Below are positions 12,650 through 24,844 of a stretch of 64,000 nt of DNA, piece by piece. Each line of letters begins with the position of its first letter. Position 1 is the first letter of the stretch. The stretch is from Squalus acanthias (Eukaryota), in contig CM059433.1 in assembly GCA_030390025.1 (NCBI GenBank), positions 11,410,001-11,474,000 of the forward strand. The letters run 5' to 3'. A program made the translations under genes and the position numbers. The notes below the pieces were generated by a model. That model did no database searches. It worked only from the letters and a program-made list of their open reading frames with translations, and was not told the DNA's origin.

Positions 12650-13130
12650 TTGACGCAACAAACACTTGCAAGAGCTCTGTTTAATTTCCTATAGCTACCT
12701 AGCATTGCTTGTGAATCTTTAGCACCTGGTCAGTAACTATCCTCAAGTACCATCGCCTTCTATTACTTTTAACTGGTATCCACGGGTGGAAAAGACAGGT
12801 CTTGAATTGCTTTGCCCCATGTGTATAACTCTGCGCTTTTGCACTTCAAATGACATCTGCCAGTTTATGAGCCCAGTTATTTAACATCTCTAAATCAACT
12901 TACAGTTTACTAATTTATTGCCAACCACAGCACGCATTTTCATATCATTTGCAATTTTAATAATATCACTATTTAAACTCTTCTCAAGATCACCATTGTC
13001 GCTGAAAATTGCATAAATAGATGTGGCTTTGGTCCTATGTGCTTAACTCAACATTTCTACATATTAAAAGTCATCTGGTTATATATTTTCAACCAACTGC
13101 CAATCCACATCTCTATTTCTTCCATAATGC
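12650..13130 (-). mobile_element. Highly decayed CR1 RT fragment
   Basis: Residual resemblance to RT motifs (gcaaatgatatgaaa; gggctcataaactggcagatg). Confidence 0.5.
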
Positions 13131-13644
13131 CAATCCTATAACTTCTTGTTGGCGATATTAGTGGATGAACCTTGAGCATGTTTTTATGACGTACCTTTTA
13201 GCAGAGACATTAGCCTATTTCCCAAACTAAAAGGGTGAGTAGACAGAGTAATGTCACATGATTGTGTTAAGCATTTGTCTGCTAATATCATCAGCTTGTG
13301 CCTCTTACTCTAGGGATCTCTTTGAATGGTTTAGGTCAGTCTCACTTTCTTGCACACATCCCCTCCTTTACTCAGGATCTGGTGTAGTTTGAAAGCACTC
13401 TTATTCACCTAACACTCATCAGTATAGCAGAAGAAGAGCAGTACAGAAGAGCACGAGCTTGTGCAGAATGTGTGGTGGAGCACAATAAATTTAAATTAAT
13501 TCAGTGATTCTACCATTGCTCTAATCAAATTTTAATTGAGATACGCTCAGAAGCCACTTAAATCACTCTGCTTACATGGTTCTTGATTAATTAATAAGTC
13601 CAGATAAATATTTTCAGTGTAAACAAGAAGTCAGTAAATTATAC

Positions 13645-13935
13645 TCCAGTGTGGTACTGAGGGTCTGCTGCTCTGCTGGAGGTGCTGTCCGTCAGATCCA
13701 GCATCAAACCAGGTTCTGGTGGTTTAGGTAGGTCTTTAAATTCTCAAGATACTATTTGAAAAGAGTAGGGAGTTAAAACAAACGGACTAACTGGCCATTC
13801 ATCTCTTTGCTGATTGTAGGATCTTGGAGAAATGCAAAATGGTTGGCACGGCAACAAAAGGTTCTGTCCTTCAAATGAATTGATTGTACAGGCGCACTTT
13901 TGAGACACATCTGAGAGATGTGATAAGGTGCTAGA
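13645..13935 (+). mobile_element. Old DeuSINE copy
   Basis: gtactgagggtctgctgctctgctggaggtgctgtc...ctatttgaaaagagtagggag resembles the Deu core. Confidence 0.55.
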
Positions 13936-14169
13936 TAAGATATTTTGGTAAAATTTATTGTCAAGGCTGGGCACGTTATTTGAGCCAGCTGCAAGCGAAG
14001 ACAAGCTTAAAAATATAAAAATAAATGTTTTCTCAAGAGCTTTAAGATTGTATTTCAATGAAATTAGGCATGTGCTGTCAAGAGATGCAGTGGCCACAAT
14101 TGAATTGAGCTCACAACCCTCGGGCATCTCTTGCCTGCCGCCTGGCGCTTGTGCGCAATGCTAAGTATA

Positions 14170-14580
14170 GAGTGAAAGGATACCTGCTAAAAGTTGTGGA
14201 GCAAGAGAAGGGCCTGGGGTTTTAGTCGAAAATCATTGTCGGTCCACAAGCAGTGGGGTGGTGCCATTGGGAAAGCAAAAGGGGTTTCAGGTTGTATTAC
14301 TGGGACAGTGTATTATAAAACCAGGAATACTTGGGTTGCACAGGGCTTGGTATAGCTGCATTTAGAGTATTGACCGATTTTGGCCCTCACACATGGAGGA
14401 TGATATTACGACCCTGATAAGGTTCAGAGGATGACAACCAAAATGATCGCCTTTTTTCATTGGAGAAATACAGAGCTAGGGGAGAACTGATCGAGATTTT
14501 TTAAGTGATGAATGGAATCTCTCCATTTGGATCGGTTATTTGAGCTAGATAGGGATTAAAGAACGCGAGAGCTTGAGTAT
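14170..14580 (+). mobile_element. Highly decayed CR1 ORF2 fragment
   Basis: Residual motifs (gagaagggcctgggg, catttagagtattg, aggttcagaggatgacaaccaaaatgat). Confidence 0.55.
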
Positions 14581-15442
14581 AAAGAAAGAGCTTGCATTTA
14601 TGTGGTCCCTTTCCCAATCTCAGAACGTCCCAAAGCACTTCACAGCCATTGAAGCAGTTTTGAAGTATAGTCACTGTTGTAATGTAGGAAAATATTACAA
14701 TGGTGACTACATGTCAAAATAATGAAAGCAAAGAGTTAGGCTAGATGCTAGGAGTTAGGCAGGAAGAAGGCGCAGAGTAACTGCCAAAGATCAGCAGCCC
14801 TCGACCGCCCACCAGCTTCCAGGTAAGTTGTGGGGAGGGAATTTTGGGAGGGTTTCACGAGAGGTAAGAGGAGGGTGAGTCCAGGGCAAGAGAGGCCTTG
14901 AGTTTCCTTGTGGGGTCCGGCGGACCACTCCTGTTCACTTTTGGACCTCTTCATTCTTGCCATCAGCTGCCGGCCTGCTTTCACCCACAGCGGCTTGCCA
15001 GTTCATCCCAGGCTAATGCAACCGTGACCTAGTAATGTAATAGGACCCTGATTCGCATAAATTCACAAGCTCAGCCTGCTGCAGTACTCTGATGGCGGGA
15101 AAGGGGCAAGTTCCGAGCGAGTAACTAACCTGCTTGGTTTCAATTGTCCAGCCACCTGGTTTCCACTGGGCGGATAGGCAGAGTCCAACCCATAGTGTTA
15201 ACTAGCTGTGCTACCTACACTCATGCTTGGACCTATGGGTGTATTCCTGCTCCAAAGAGACACCTTTGCTACGTCTCACACAGCAGGATTCCTCCCTGTC
15301 CTCACTACAATGCCTGTGCAAAATATGTACATATGAGAGGCGATTTCCCGACGTCATGATCTGCAGGTGCAGATCACAGATCATAAAATACTCCTTAGGA
15401 TTCATATTTGCACAACTTTTGCCAAACCGTCAGCCTCTTTAA

Positions 15443-15910
15443 TGAAAGACTTGCATTTCTATAGCACCTTACACAACATCAGGATATTCCATGGGGCTTT
15501 ACAGTCAATGAAGTACTTTTGAAGTGTAGTCACTGTTGTAATGTAAGCACTGCAGCAGCCAATTTATGCCCAGCAAGGTCCCACAAACAGCAATGTGACG
15601 ATGACCAGATAAAATTTTGGTGATGTTGATTGAGGGATAAATATTGGCCAGGACACCAGGGAGAACTCCCCTGCTCTTCTTTGAAATAGTGCCTTGGGAT
15701 CTTTTACATCCACCGGAGAGAGCAGACGGGGCCTCAGTTTAACGTCTCATCAGAAAGACGGCACTTCCGACAGTGCAGCACTCCCTCAGCACTGCACTGG
15801 GAGTGTCAGCCTGCATTTTGTGCTCAAGTCTCTGGATTGGGACTTGAACCCACAATATTCTGACTCAGTGGAGAGAGTGCTACTAACTGAACCACGCCTG
15901 ACACCTAAGT
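15443..15910 (-). mobile_element. SacSINE1-like DeuSINE, near full length
   Basis: tRNA-like head, Deu core and tail in reverse complement. Confidence 0.9.
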
Positions 15911-16317
15911 GTGAGCAACTTGAGAATAGAAGCAGAACTTCGTAATCTGGTTTATGATCTTAACTCAGTGCACGTCCACTGTGCAGACAGAATTTGACAA
16001 CCTGCCTCTCACAGCAGTATGCATCTGACCATCAAATAACTCAGTGGTAGTCTTGTGATACTGAGAGTAAGCATTCAAATAAATCAGAAAATGGGAGAAA
16101 ATTTCATTGCTGTTGTAAAAGAATTTATTACCTTGGTCATGCCAGCAGAGGACCTCTTGCACTCTGCCCTGCAACTGTCTGACATCAATCACAATTCTCT
16201 ATATAGAGGTGTAACCTAGAAGAGGGCAGTTGCTTGAGAGAGAGACTAGAGTAATTGACTGCTACTGTTGCCTACTTTAATACAGCATTAAACCATGTTG
16301 GATTAGTAAATGACATT

Positions 16318-17082
16318 GGCCCAAAAATTCGGCTGAATACGGGAGAGTACGAACTGTGTACTCTCGCGTATTCGGTCCCAAAGTGCCGGTTTCCTGCATG
16401 CACTGCGCATGCGCGGGGAACCGGCACTTCCGGTATGGCGAAGGGGGGCGGTTCCTAAGTGAACCGTGTGCGCACTACAGGCTGTGCGCACGCAGCGCAC
16501 TTAGGTTTTTTTTCAGGTTTCAACGCGAAGGTAAGTATGGAAGATTTTACACATGAAGAAAGGAGGCGTAAGACCCCCTTTTAACAAGGTAAGTAGTTAA
16601 TTAAGTATTATTTAAAAAAAATTTCAACAGGTTTATCTTTTTTAGAGACTTTAAAGAAAGGTAAGTTTATTTTTATAACTTTTAAAAAGAATTTACATTT
16701 TTTCAAAAATTAAAATTTTTGTTTAAAGTGGTTAATTTATTTAACTATAGTTATTTTATTAATGTGATGGTTTTTAAAAAAAATTATTTGAGGTTTAGCT
16801 GTTCTTTTGGGGGCAATTTGTATTCATAGTTTTGACAGTTCTCCTGTCAAATCTATGAATGAAAGATGGTGTGCTGCCATTGGCTCTCCATGCCCCACGT
16901 GATCCCAGAGGTCGCATCGAACTAACTGCACCTCTGGGACACGCACACACTGCGCGCCGGCACCAGGGAGAGGCCCAGGAGCTGAAGTTCGTGTGGGCCC
17001 GAAACACAACGGCCGGCGCGGAGTGTGATATCGCGGGGGATCCTTACCCCCGCGGCAAGCCTCCGAGTCAAATTTCTGGGCC
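16318..17082 (+). mobile_element. Harbinger-type MITE family 1
   Basis: TIRs GGCCCAAAAATT / AATTTCTGGGCC; ATT TSD; highly similar inverted copy at 32879-33841. Confidence 0.85.
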
Positions 17083-18349
17083 ATTATCAATTGTTTCATA
17101 TATTCATTTTATTGTATGATCAAGAGTTAAAGTAAAATTTTAAAACATGGAAAAGAAAATGTTCCCTGGTTGCGTAACATCTGAGTTCCAAATTGGTATA
17201 ACGCCAACAGTTTGGGCAGTGAGATGTACCAAAAACTAGCTATTGCTGCATTTTAAATGATATGTAGTTGGCTCATGCCCAGAAAGGATATATAACGGCA
17301 ACACTGTTAAATCCTGAGTTCTGTTTGTGAAATGGAATGATAAGGCATACTAATTATATGTCTCTTATCCTTATGATGCCCTTAAGCTCTTCATTATTTC
17401 TAGCCTGTTGGTCACGATATCGAAGGCAAACGGAACGGGCACTTAACTGCAAGAGATATATTTCTTAGAACGTTTACGTATTTGCAACAAACCCAGGCTC
17501 CATTTTGAAAATGCGGCCATAAAACAAGTCAATAAATTTACAAATTTATCCTTTAAATGCCTTAGGCGCTGTTTCACATCCTTCTTTGATATGATTGCTT
17601 GAGAATACCATTCCACCAGTAACGAAGCAATATAAAACAAATCTAAAGCTAAGCGCACCCGTGCCTACATTCTCCCAACTCATGTATTGTGGATTCAAAT
17701 CCCAACAGTGATTGACAATACTTTCCACTAATGCCTTAACCCTATTGCACCAGAGAATCGAATTAGCCTTAGTCCCGCTTATTTAAAGTCTCCAACTGGC
17801 TTGAAGCACCATGAATAACGTTTCAGATGGTACAACTATGTGAGGCTTGGTGTTTCTTAAAGTATTTAGTTTCAGTAGCACAGTAGCCTCGAATGTGGTG
17901 TACAATTCGACATCAACAAGAGGGCAAAACATCACACGGACAAAAAGCTGTCCTAATTTGAACATGGAATATGCTGAAAATAGATTTAGGTTTTGCCAGT
18001 TACGAGAATCAAAACTGAGTAAAATTTAATTGTTGTAATAGGTTAATTCAAGACAGATGATTTAATCAGTTAAATCCATTCAGATTACAGCATAGTTAAT
18101 AAATGAAACAAATTGCCATGCATTTTACCAGGCGGAGACAGGAGCAAACTTTAAATGGTGTGCAATTCTCATTTTATTTGATCTGTGCTCAGGCTTTTCA
18201 GCTTTTGTTGTTTATTTTGTCAGGTTAAGAATGTTCAGCTGATTTTTTTTGGGGGGCTCACCAAATCCATTTTTCAATGTTAAGTCCCAAAACTCAGGTT
18301 TTAACATTTTTTTAACTCATAGACACAGTATCGATGAGCTTATTTTATT

Positions 18350-18800
18350 AAGTGTCAGCTGTGGCTCAGTGGGTAGCACCCTCGCCTCTGAGTCAGAAGG
18401 TTGTAGGTTCACAGTCCCCACTCCAGGGACTTGAGCACATAAAGCTAGGCTGACACTCCCAGTGCAGCGCTGAGGGAGTGCTGCACTGTCGCAGGTGCCG
18501 TCTTTCTGATGAGACATTAAACCAGAGGCCTCGTCTGCTCTCTCAGGTGGATGTAAAAGATCCCGTGGCACTATTTCGAAGAAGAGTAGGGGAATTATCA
18601 CTGGTGTCCTGGCCAATATTTATCCCTCAACCAACATAGCAAAAACAGTTTATCTGGTCATTATCACGTTGCTGTTTGTGGGAGCTTGTTGTGTGCACAT
18701 TACAACAGTTACTACTACAGTCCAAAAGCACTTCATTAGCTGTAAAGCGCTTTGAGACGTCCGGTGGTCGTGAAAGGCGCTATATGTAAGTCTTTCTTTT
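18350..18800 (+). mobile_element. SacSINE1-like DeuSINE, full length
   Basis: Pol III A box (tggctcagtgg), B-box-like ggttcacagtcc, Deu core, L2-like tail. Confidence 0.9.
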
Positions 18801-19375
18801 CATTTAAATGAGTAATTTTTCATGAATTGAATAAATAATACGGTACATTTTCAGTGGGCATTCTTGGTCTCTTTGACTAGTAAAGATTTTTTATGTGGGA
18901 GAATGAACTTTCAGCACTTGCTTTTGACACCAAGGTGCAGATCCTTAGCGTGATGTAAGTATGATTCCAACGAGGACATCTTTGTGCTGGAATGTATCAT
19001 ATCTATTCTTAAGAATAAACATCTATGAGAAAATTTAGGCTCCCTTGAAGATCGTTCTGAGTATTATTGGCCAGTTGTTTCCTTTTCCTGCTTGAAATTT
19101 CTGCGGGTATTCCTGCTTTCTGTTGAGTATATTTAGATATCAGCTTGAGTTATTTTACTAAACCTGGGTTGTTAGTGTCCAGACTTACTGCTGTGTATTT
19201 ATCACATGCTCTGATCTGTGTAATGTGCTGCCCACAGCAGGTGGGCAGAGACTTAAGAGTGCTACTTTAGCAAACTGTTTATACTAAATTCTACAATTTT
19301 CTCCCTGCCGTTCTAGTAGGTGGCTTATTCAAAATGAAGAAAAATTGACAATAGGATTGCATTGAACAAAACTTC

Positions 19376-21185
19376 GGCCTAGAAATTCGATGGTACTGTG
19401 CCCATTTCTCAGGTGCTAAATGGGCGACTAAGCCTCCAATGTGCCAGGCAGAAGACCGCGGTCATTACGAGCAGGAAGTGTGCTGCCCGCCATATTGGTA
19501 TAGGCAAAAAAAAAGTGTCCAGGGCCCGCGCCTGAAACAGGAGTTTCGACCTTTGCATGTGCAAATGGGGGACCTAACAACAACATTTTGCATTTATATA
19601 GCACCTTTAACATAATAAAACGCCCCAAGGCGCTTCACAGGAGCGATTATGAAACAAAATTTGACACCGAGCCACATAAGGAAATATTAGGACAGGTGGT
19701 CAAAGAGGTAGGTTTTAAGGAGCGTCTTAAAGGAGGAGAGAGAGGTAGCCAGGCGGAGAGGTTTAGGGAGGGAATTCCAGAGCTTAGCACCTAGGCAGCT
19801 GAAGGCACGGCCGCCAATGGTGGAACGACTACAATCTAGGATGTGCAAGAAGCCAGAACTGGAGGGGCGCAGAGATCTCAGAGGGTTGTAGGGCTGGAGG
19901 AGATTACAGAGATGGTGGGGTGGGGGTGGTGGGGGCGGAGGTGGGGGCGGGGTGCAAGGCCATGAAGGAATTTGAAAACGTGGATGAGAATTTTAAAATC
20001 GAGGCGTTGTTGGACCGTGTGCCAATGTAGGTCAGTGAGCACAGGGGAGATGGGTGAACTTAGTGCGAGTTAGGATACGAGCAGCAGAGTTTTTGATGAG
20101 CTCAAGTTTATGGAGGATGCACGGACGGAGGTTGGACAGCGGAGCATTGGCTAGTCGAGTCTAGAGGTAACAAAGGCATGGATGAGGTTTCCAGCAGCAG
20201 ATGAACTGATGCAGGAGTGGAGACGGACAATGCTATGGAGGTGGAAATAGGCGGTCTTAGTGTTGGCACGGTTATGTGGTCGGAAGCTCAGCTCAGGGTC
20301 AAATAGGTCGCCATGGTTGAGAACGGTCTGGTTCAGCCTCAGACAGTGGCCAGGGAAAGGGTTAGAATCGGTGGCTAGGGAACAGACTGTGTGGCGGGGA
20401 CTGAAGACATATGGCTTTGATCTTCCCAATATTTAGCTGGAGGAAATTACTGCTCATCCAATACTGGATGTCGGACAAGCAGTGTGACAAATCAGAGAGA
20501 GTGGAGGGGTTGAGAGAGATGGTGGTGAGGTAGAGCTGGGTGTCGTCAGCGTACATGTGGAACCTAACGTTGTGTTTTCGGATGGTGTCGCCTAATTCAG
20601 GCCCCCATCTGCAATATCGGTTTGCCCTGAGGCAGCCGGCACATCCAGGAAAGCCAGGTCTACGTGCAGCCTGACAGGGACCTCCGCAGGCCGCCGCCAC
20701 GAAGGTAAGTTTGTTAAAAATACTTAGCTAAATGTGGAGTTGGGAGGAGCAGGAGCGCTCCTCCTCGACCACGCATTAAAGCTGCGGGCTGCTGACAGCC
20801 GCCGGTCGCCCCCCTCCTCAGATCACAAACTCGACCCACCCCTTCCCCGATCGCCGCAGCTACACTGCCTGCCGATCAGCGCTACCTTCCCGATTGCCCC
20901 CCCACATTCCAGGTTGCTCCCCTACCCAGTCACTCTCCATCTTGGTCGTCCCACTCTCCCAGTCCCCTGACTGAGGGCTACTGCTGACGAAACAGCGGCC
21001 TGATCTTCGAGGCCTCCTCTCCGGCGACCCGACGATTTGCCCGGAGACGCCCATTAGGTTGTCCGCATTCTCCAGTTTGATGATAATAGGGCCCAAGGCC
21101 CAATATTAGGCGAGCCTTGGGCCTATCCATTCAGGCGCAGTAATCGGTCCCTGCGCCCAGCTTGCACCGGCCGACTTCCTCGGCC
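19376..21185. mobile_element. Harbinger-type MITE interrupted by an L2 LINE
   Basis: TIRs GGCCTAGAAATTCG / CGACTTCCTCGGCC; TTC TSD. Confidence 0.75.
19578..20590 (-). mobile_element. 5'-truncated L2-type LINE
   Basis: RT motif LGDTIRKHNVRFHMYADDTQLYL; LIHAFVTSRLD; (TTG)n tail; CCTAA TSD (19573-19577, 20591-20595). Confidence 0.9.
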
Positions 21186-22297
21186 TTCATTTGTAAAATA
21201 ACAAAATATTTGTGACAGAGTTAAGTAGAACAAATGCAATTTAATACCTTTGCAAATAATATAAATTCAGGGTTACTGGCTACTCCTAAATCTGAGAGAA
21301 AGTAGCTGTGTTTGCATTTAACTTTGATAATAAGTGAAGTGTTCGGCTTAGCATAACGTGACATCAAGGTGAAATAAAAATTGAAGATGTTGGGAGGTTG
21401 CAGGCACTTGTGAGTGTACTGAAATCCCAGATCTACTGTAATGAACCACTGAAGCTTTAAAGTATTATAATTATCAGGGATTATGAAATGGGTACCCCTC
21501 CTCAGACCTTCGAGTAAGGGCTGTCGGCTCCCTATCTGATCCTTTGTCGTTGATTAATGCATGGCATTTTGATGAAATGCACATTACATTGCAAATGAGA
21601 CAGCCCATTACTCATAATGAGCTCATATCTCGAAATGGCAAGCAGCAGGGCTGATATTATGGGCTGATACAAACGCATACATGCCCAACCCTGGCAGGTG
21701 TTGCGATCGCTGTGTCTGCACAGGATAAACAGCGGTGGCCGGTAGCCAAATGTCCGAGGGGTGACCTCAGAGTCACAAATGAGGCTTTCATTCCTCTGCC
21801 ACTGCGTTGTCTTGTTAGCAAATGGATCTGGTACTTGGCATTCTATCAAGTCGAACAGCTGAGTCAGCTGACTTTGGTGTATTCTACATTAAGTAGAAAG
21901 TATCAAAACAGTCAGAGTACTCAACAGATTAGGTATTGTAAATGCAGAACAATACTTCATCTGTTGAGTACTCTTGACTGTTTCGCTCGGTTGCAAAATG
22001 TCACAAAGCAAGGGCCCAATTTTTGATTCAAGGAATCTTTAACAGAGAGACATAGTGTACTTTCATGTTGCCTTTGTTATCTTTGTCTGCATTTATAATG
22101 TTCTGAATGCTTATTAAGTCGAAGGTCAGCCTTGTAGATGCTACTTTCATCAGCTAAGTAATAATAGTCACACAAGAGTGCAGAAGTGGGATTAACAATA
22201 TAGGATGCTCAAGTACAAGTCGAGATCTCTAAGAGAGACGTTTTATTGACATTAAAAGGGGCTGGAAACTGAACCAAATAATAGTAACATCATTTTT

Positions 22298-22505
22298 AAA
22301 AGCAAAATACTGCAGATGCTGGAAATCTGAAATAAAAACAGAAAATGCTGGAGACACTCAGCAGGTCGGGCAGCACCTGTGGCGAGAGAAACAGAGTTAA
22401 CGTTTCAGGTCGATGGCCTTTCGTCAGACCTGGAAAAAGTTCGAGATGTAACAGATTTTAAGCAAGTACAGGGGCAGGGAAAGGGTGGAGGGGAGGGAAG
22501 AACAA
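22298..22505 (-). mobile_element. Penelope-like family A terminal fragment
   Basis: Same terminal repeat as 4241-4376; hammerhead motif at ~22395-22431 on the minus strand. Confidence 0.8.
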
Positions 22506-22625
22506 TTTTTGAGTGTCAGTGTAAGGTAGAAAGTAGAAAGTATCAAAACAGTCAGAGTACTCAACAGATTAGGAATTGTAAATGCCTTGTCTTGCTGGCA
22601 GCGCTCTCGCCTCTGTGTCAGAAGG

Positions 22626-22759
22626 CGTTAGGCAAGGGTATTAAGGGTTACGGAACCAAGGCGGGTAGATAGAGCTAAGATACAGATCAGCTATTATCTA
22701 ATTGAATGGCGGAACAGGTTAGAGGGGAATCAATGGCCTACTCCTGTTCCTACGTTCCT
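22626..22759 (+). mobile_element. CR1 3' tail
   Basis: KGIKGYG end plus 3'UTR; AGAAGG TSD (22620-22625, 22760-22765). Confidence 0.8.
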
Positions 22760-22927
22760 AGAAGGTTGTGGGTTCAAGTTCCACTCCAGAGGCTTGAGCA
22801 CATAATCGAGGCTGATACTTCAGTGCAGTATTGAGAGAGTGCTGCACTGTTGGAGGTGCTGTCTTTAGGATGAGATTTTCAACTGAGGTCCCGTCGCTCC
22901 CTCAGGTGACCATAAAAGATCCTTGGT

Positions 22928-23261
22928 GCGGTAGCGTAGTGGTTATGTCACTGGACAAGTAATCCAAAGAACGTGAGTTCACATTTGAACTTTAGTTTAA
23001 AAAGAAACCTAGAAATAAAAAGCTGGTACCATGCTCATAAAAACCCAACCGATTCACTCATGTCCTTTATGGAAAGAAACCTGCCACCCATACCCGGTCT
23101 GGACTAAACGTGACTCTCGTCCCACACCAACATGATTGACGCTTAACTGGCCTCTGTAGTGGCCTAGCAATACATTCAGTTATATCCAGAGCAACGAGGG
23201 ATGGGAAATAAATGCCAGCCTTTCCAGCAAGGCCCACATCCCGAGAATCAATGTAAAAAAA
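22928..23261 (+). mobile_element. tRNA-derived SINE family B
   Basis: ggtagcgtagtggttatg head; tail gggatgggaaataaatgcc...cccacatcccgagaat+A-run shared with the LINE at 44127-45170. Confidence 0.75.
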
Positions 23262-23324
23262 TTTGGAGAACATCCACTGCCCTGGCAAACATTTATTCCT
23301 CAGCCAACATCAGTATAACAGATT

Positions 23325-23923
23325 ACAAAAGCAAAATACTGCAGATGCTGGAAATCTGAAATAAAAACAGAAAATGCTGGAATACTCAGCAGGTCAGGCA
23401 GCGTTTGTGGAGAGAGAAACAGAGTTAACGCTTCAGGTCGATGACCCTTCGTCAGAACTGGAAAAAGCTAAAAAAAAAATGAAAAATAAAGAGAGAGAAA
23501 AAAAAATGGAAAAAAAAGATAGGGGCAGAGGTTATGACCATAACCTCTGCCCCTATCTTTTTTTTCCATTTTTTTTCTCTCTCTCACATGGCAGCTGTCG
23601 ATCATTCTGCTATTGCCATTTACACTTCACCTGGAGCCATCTTTTGTTTCTTAACTTGTCCCATTACCATCTCCTTTTGCCTCGCACCATTATCCCTTTT
23701 GTCTCTTAATCTCTCCCGCCTTCCATCCTATCACAGACCTTCCCTTTTGTTCTTTCCGCCCCTCCCCCCTTTCCCTACCCCTGCACTTGCTTAAAAAACT
23801 GTTCCATCTCCAACTTTTTCCGGTTCTGACGAAGGGTCATCGGCCTGAAACGTTAACTCTGTTTCTCTCTCCACAGATGCTGCCTGACCTGCTGAGTATT
23901 CCCAGCATTTTCTGTTTTTATTT
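23325..23923. mobile_element. Penelope-like family A with inverted terminal repeats
   Basis: TSD CAGTATAACAGATT / CAGTAAAACAGATT (23311-23324, 23924-23937); hammerhead motifs at ~23423-23459 (-, GAAG variant) and 23822-23858 (+). Confidence 0.88.
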
Positions 23924-23968
23924 CAGTAAAACAGATTGTCTGGTCACTTATCTCACTCCTCTTTGTGG

Positions 23969-24184
23969 TGTGGAGATGCCGGTGTTGGACTGGGGTGGAC
24001 AAATGTGAGAAGTCACACAACACCAGGTTATAGTCCAACAGCTTTATTTGAAATCACAAGCTTTCGGAGCGGCTGCTCCTTCGTCAGGTGAAGTCACCTG
24101 ACGAAGGAGCAGCGCTCCGAAAGCTTGTGATTTCAAATAAAGCTGTTGGACGATAACCTGGTGTTGTGCGACTTCTCACATTTG
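23969..24184. mobile_element. Palindromic mini Penelope-like element family B
   Basis: 12-bp TSD TCCTCTTTGTGG (23957-23968, 24185-24196); ~95-bp inverted arms. Confidence 0.88.
24094..24130 (+). ncRNA. Minimal type I hammerhead ribozyme motif (family B)
   Basis: UCAC-CUGACGA-A-GGAGC(AGC)GCUCC-GAAA-GCU-U-GUGA; mirror copy at 24054-24091 on the minus strand. Confidence 0.82.
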
Positions 24185-24844
24185 TCCTCTTTGTGGGATC
24201 TCATTGTGTGCAAATTGGCTGCTGCGTTGCCTTACAGTGCAACAGTGACCACACTTTAAAAAAAGTACTTCATTGACTGCAAAGCACTTTGGGATGCCCT
24301 AAGATTGTGAAAGGTGCCGTATAAATGCAAGTTTTTTTCTTATGTTTTGCTCAATATTGCGACTAAGAGGACTTGTTGATGACTCCGAATGTTGAATGAC
24401 GCTCCTTTCCACTGGGCAAAAAAAAAACACTTCCATGGCCTTCATACTCGAAATAGAGTTGAAGTAACTTTTATCTCTGCACAAGGTGCCTGTTGCTGCT
24501 GCTGCAATTATCGGTCTACAAGCTCACCGCAGCAGCTGAGCAGCGGAGTTGGAGCGATGGCCACTCGCACAGAATGCTCCCAGGGCAGTGCACACAGGCC
24601 CTTGGACAAGCTGCCTGTCCCTAGCGGAGACAGGAGAATCACGCCGCCCTCAGCAGGGACATTCCACGGTGAGCACTGCGCTCCCAGATCATGACCGCAC
24701 TCAACTTTCACACTGCTGATAGCTTCCAGGCACCGAAAGGGTGCATCACAGGGGAGAGCCACTGTTTGATCCAGAGGCCCGTGCTCTAGGTGCCTCAGGT
24801 GCTTTTTGACTATGTCCACCAGCCATAATAGCATTGGAGTGGTA

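Larger units (their letters stand above)
22590..24335 (+). mobile_element. SacSINE1-like SINE split by four nested insertions
   Basis: Colinear SINE pieces at ~22590-22625, 22760-22927, 23262-23324, 23924-23968 and 24185-24335. Confidence 0.8.

Noticed and set aside
18350..18430. tRNA gene
   Set aside because: tRNA-derived SINE head running directly into the Deu core; no complete cloverleaf.
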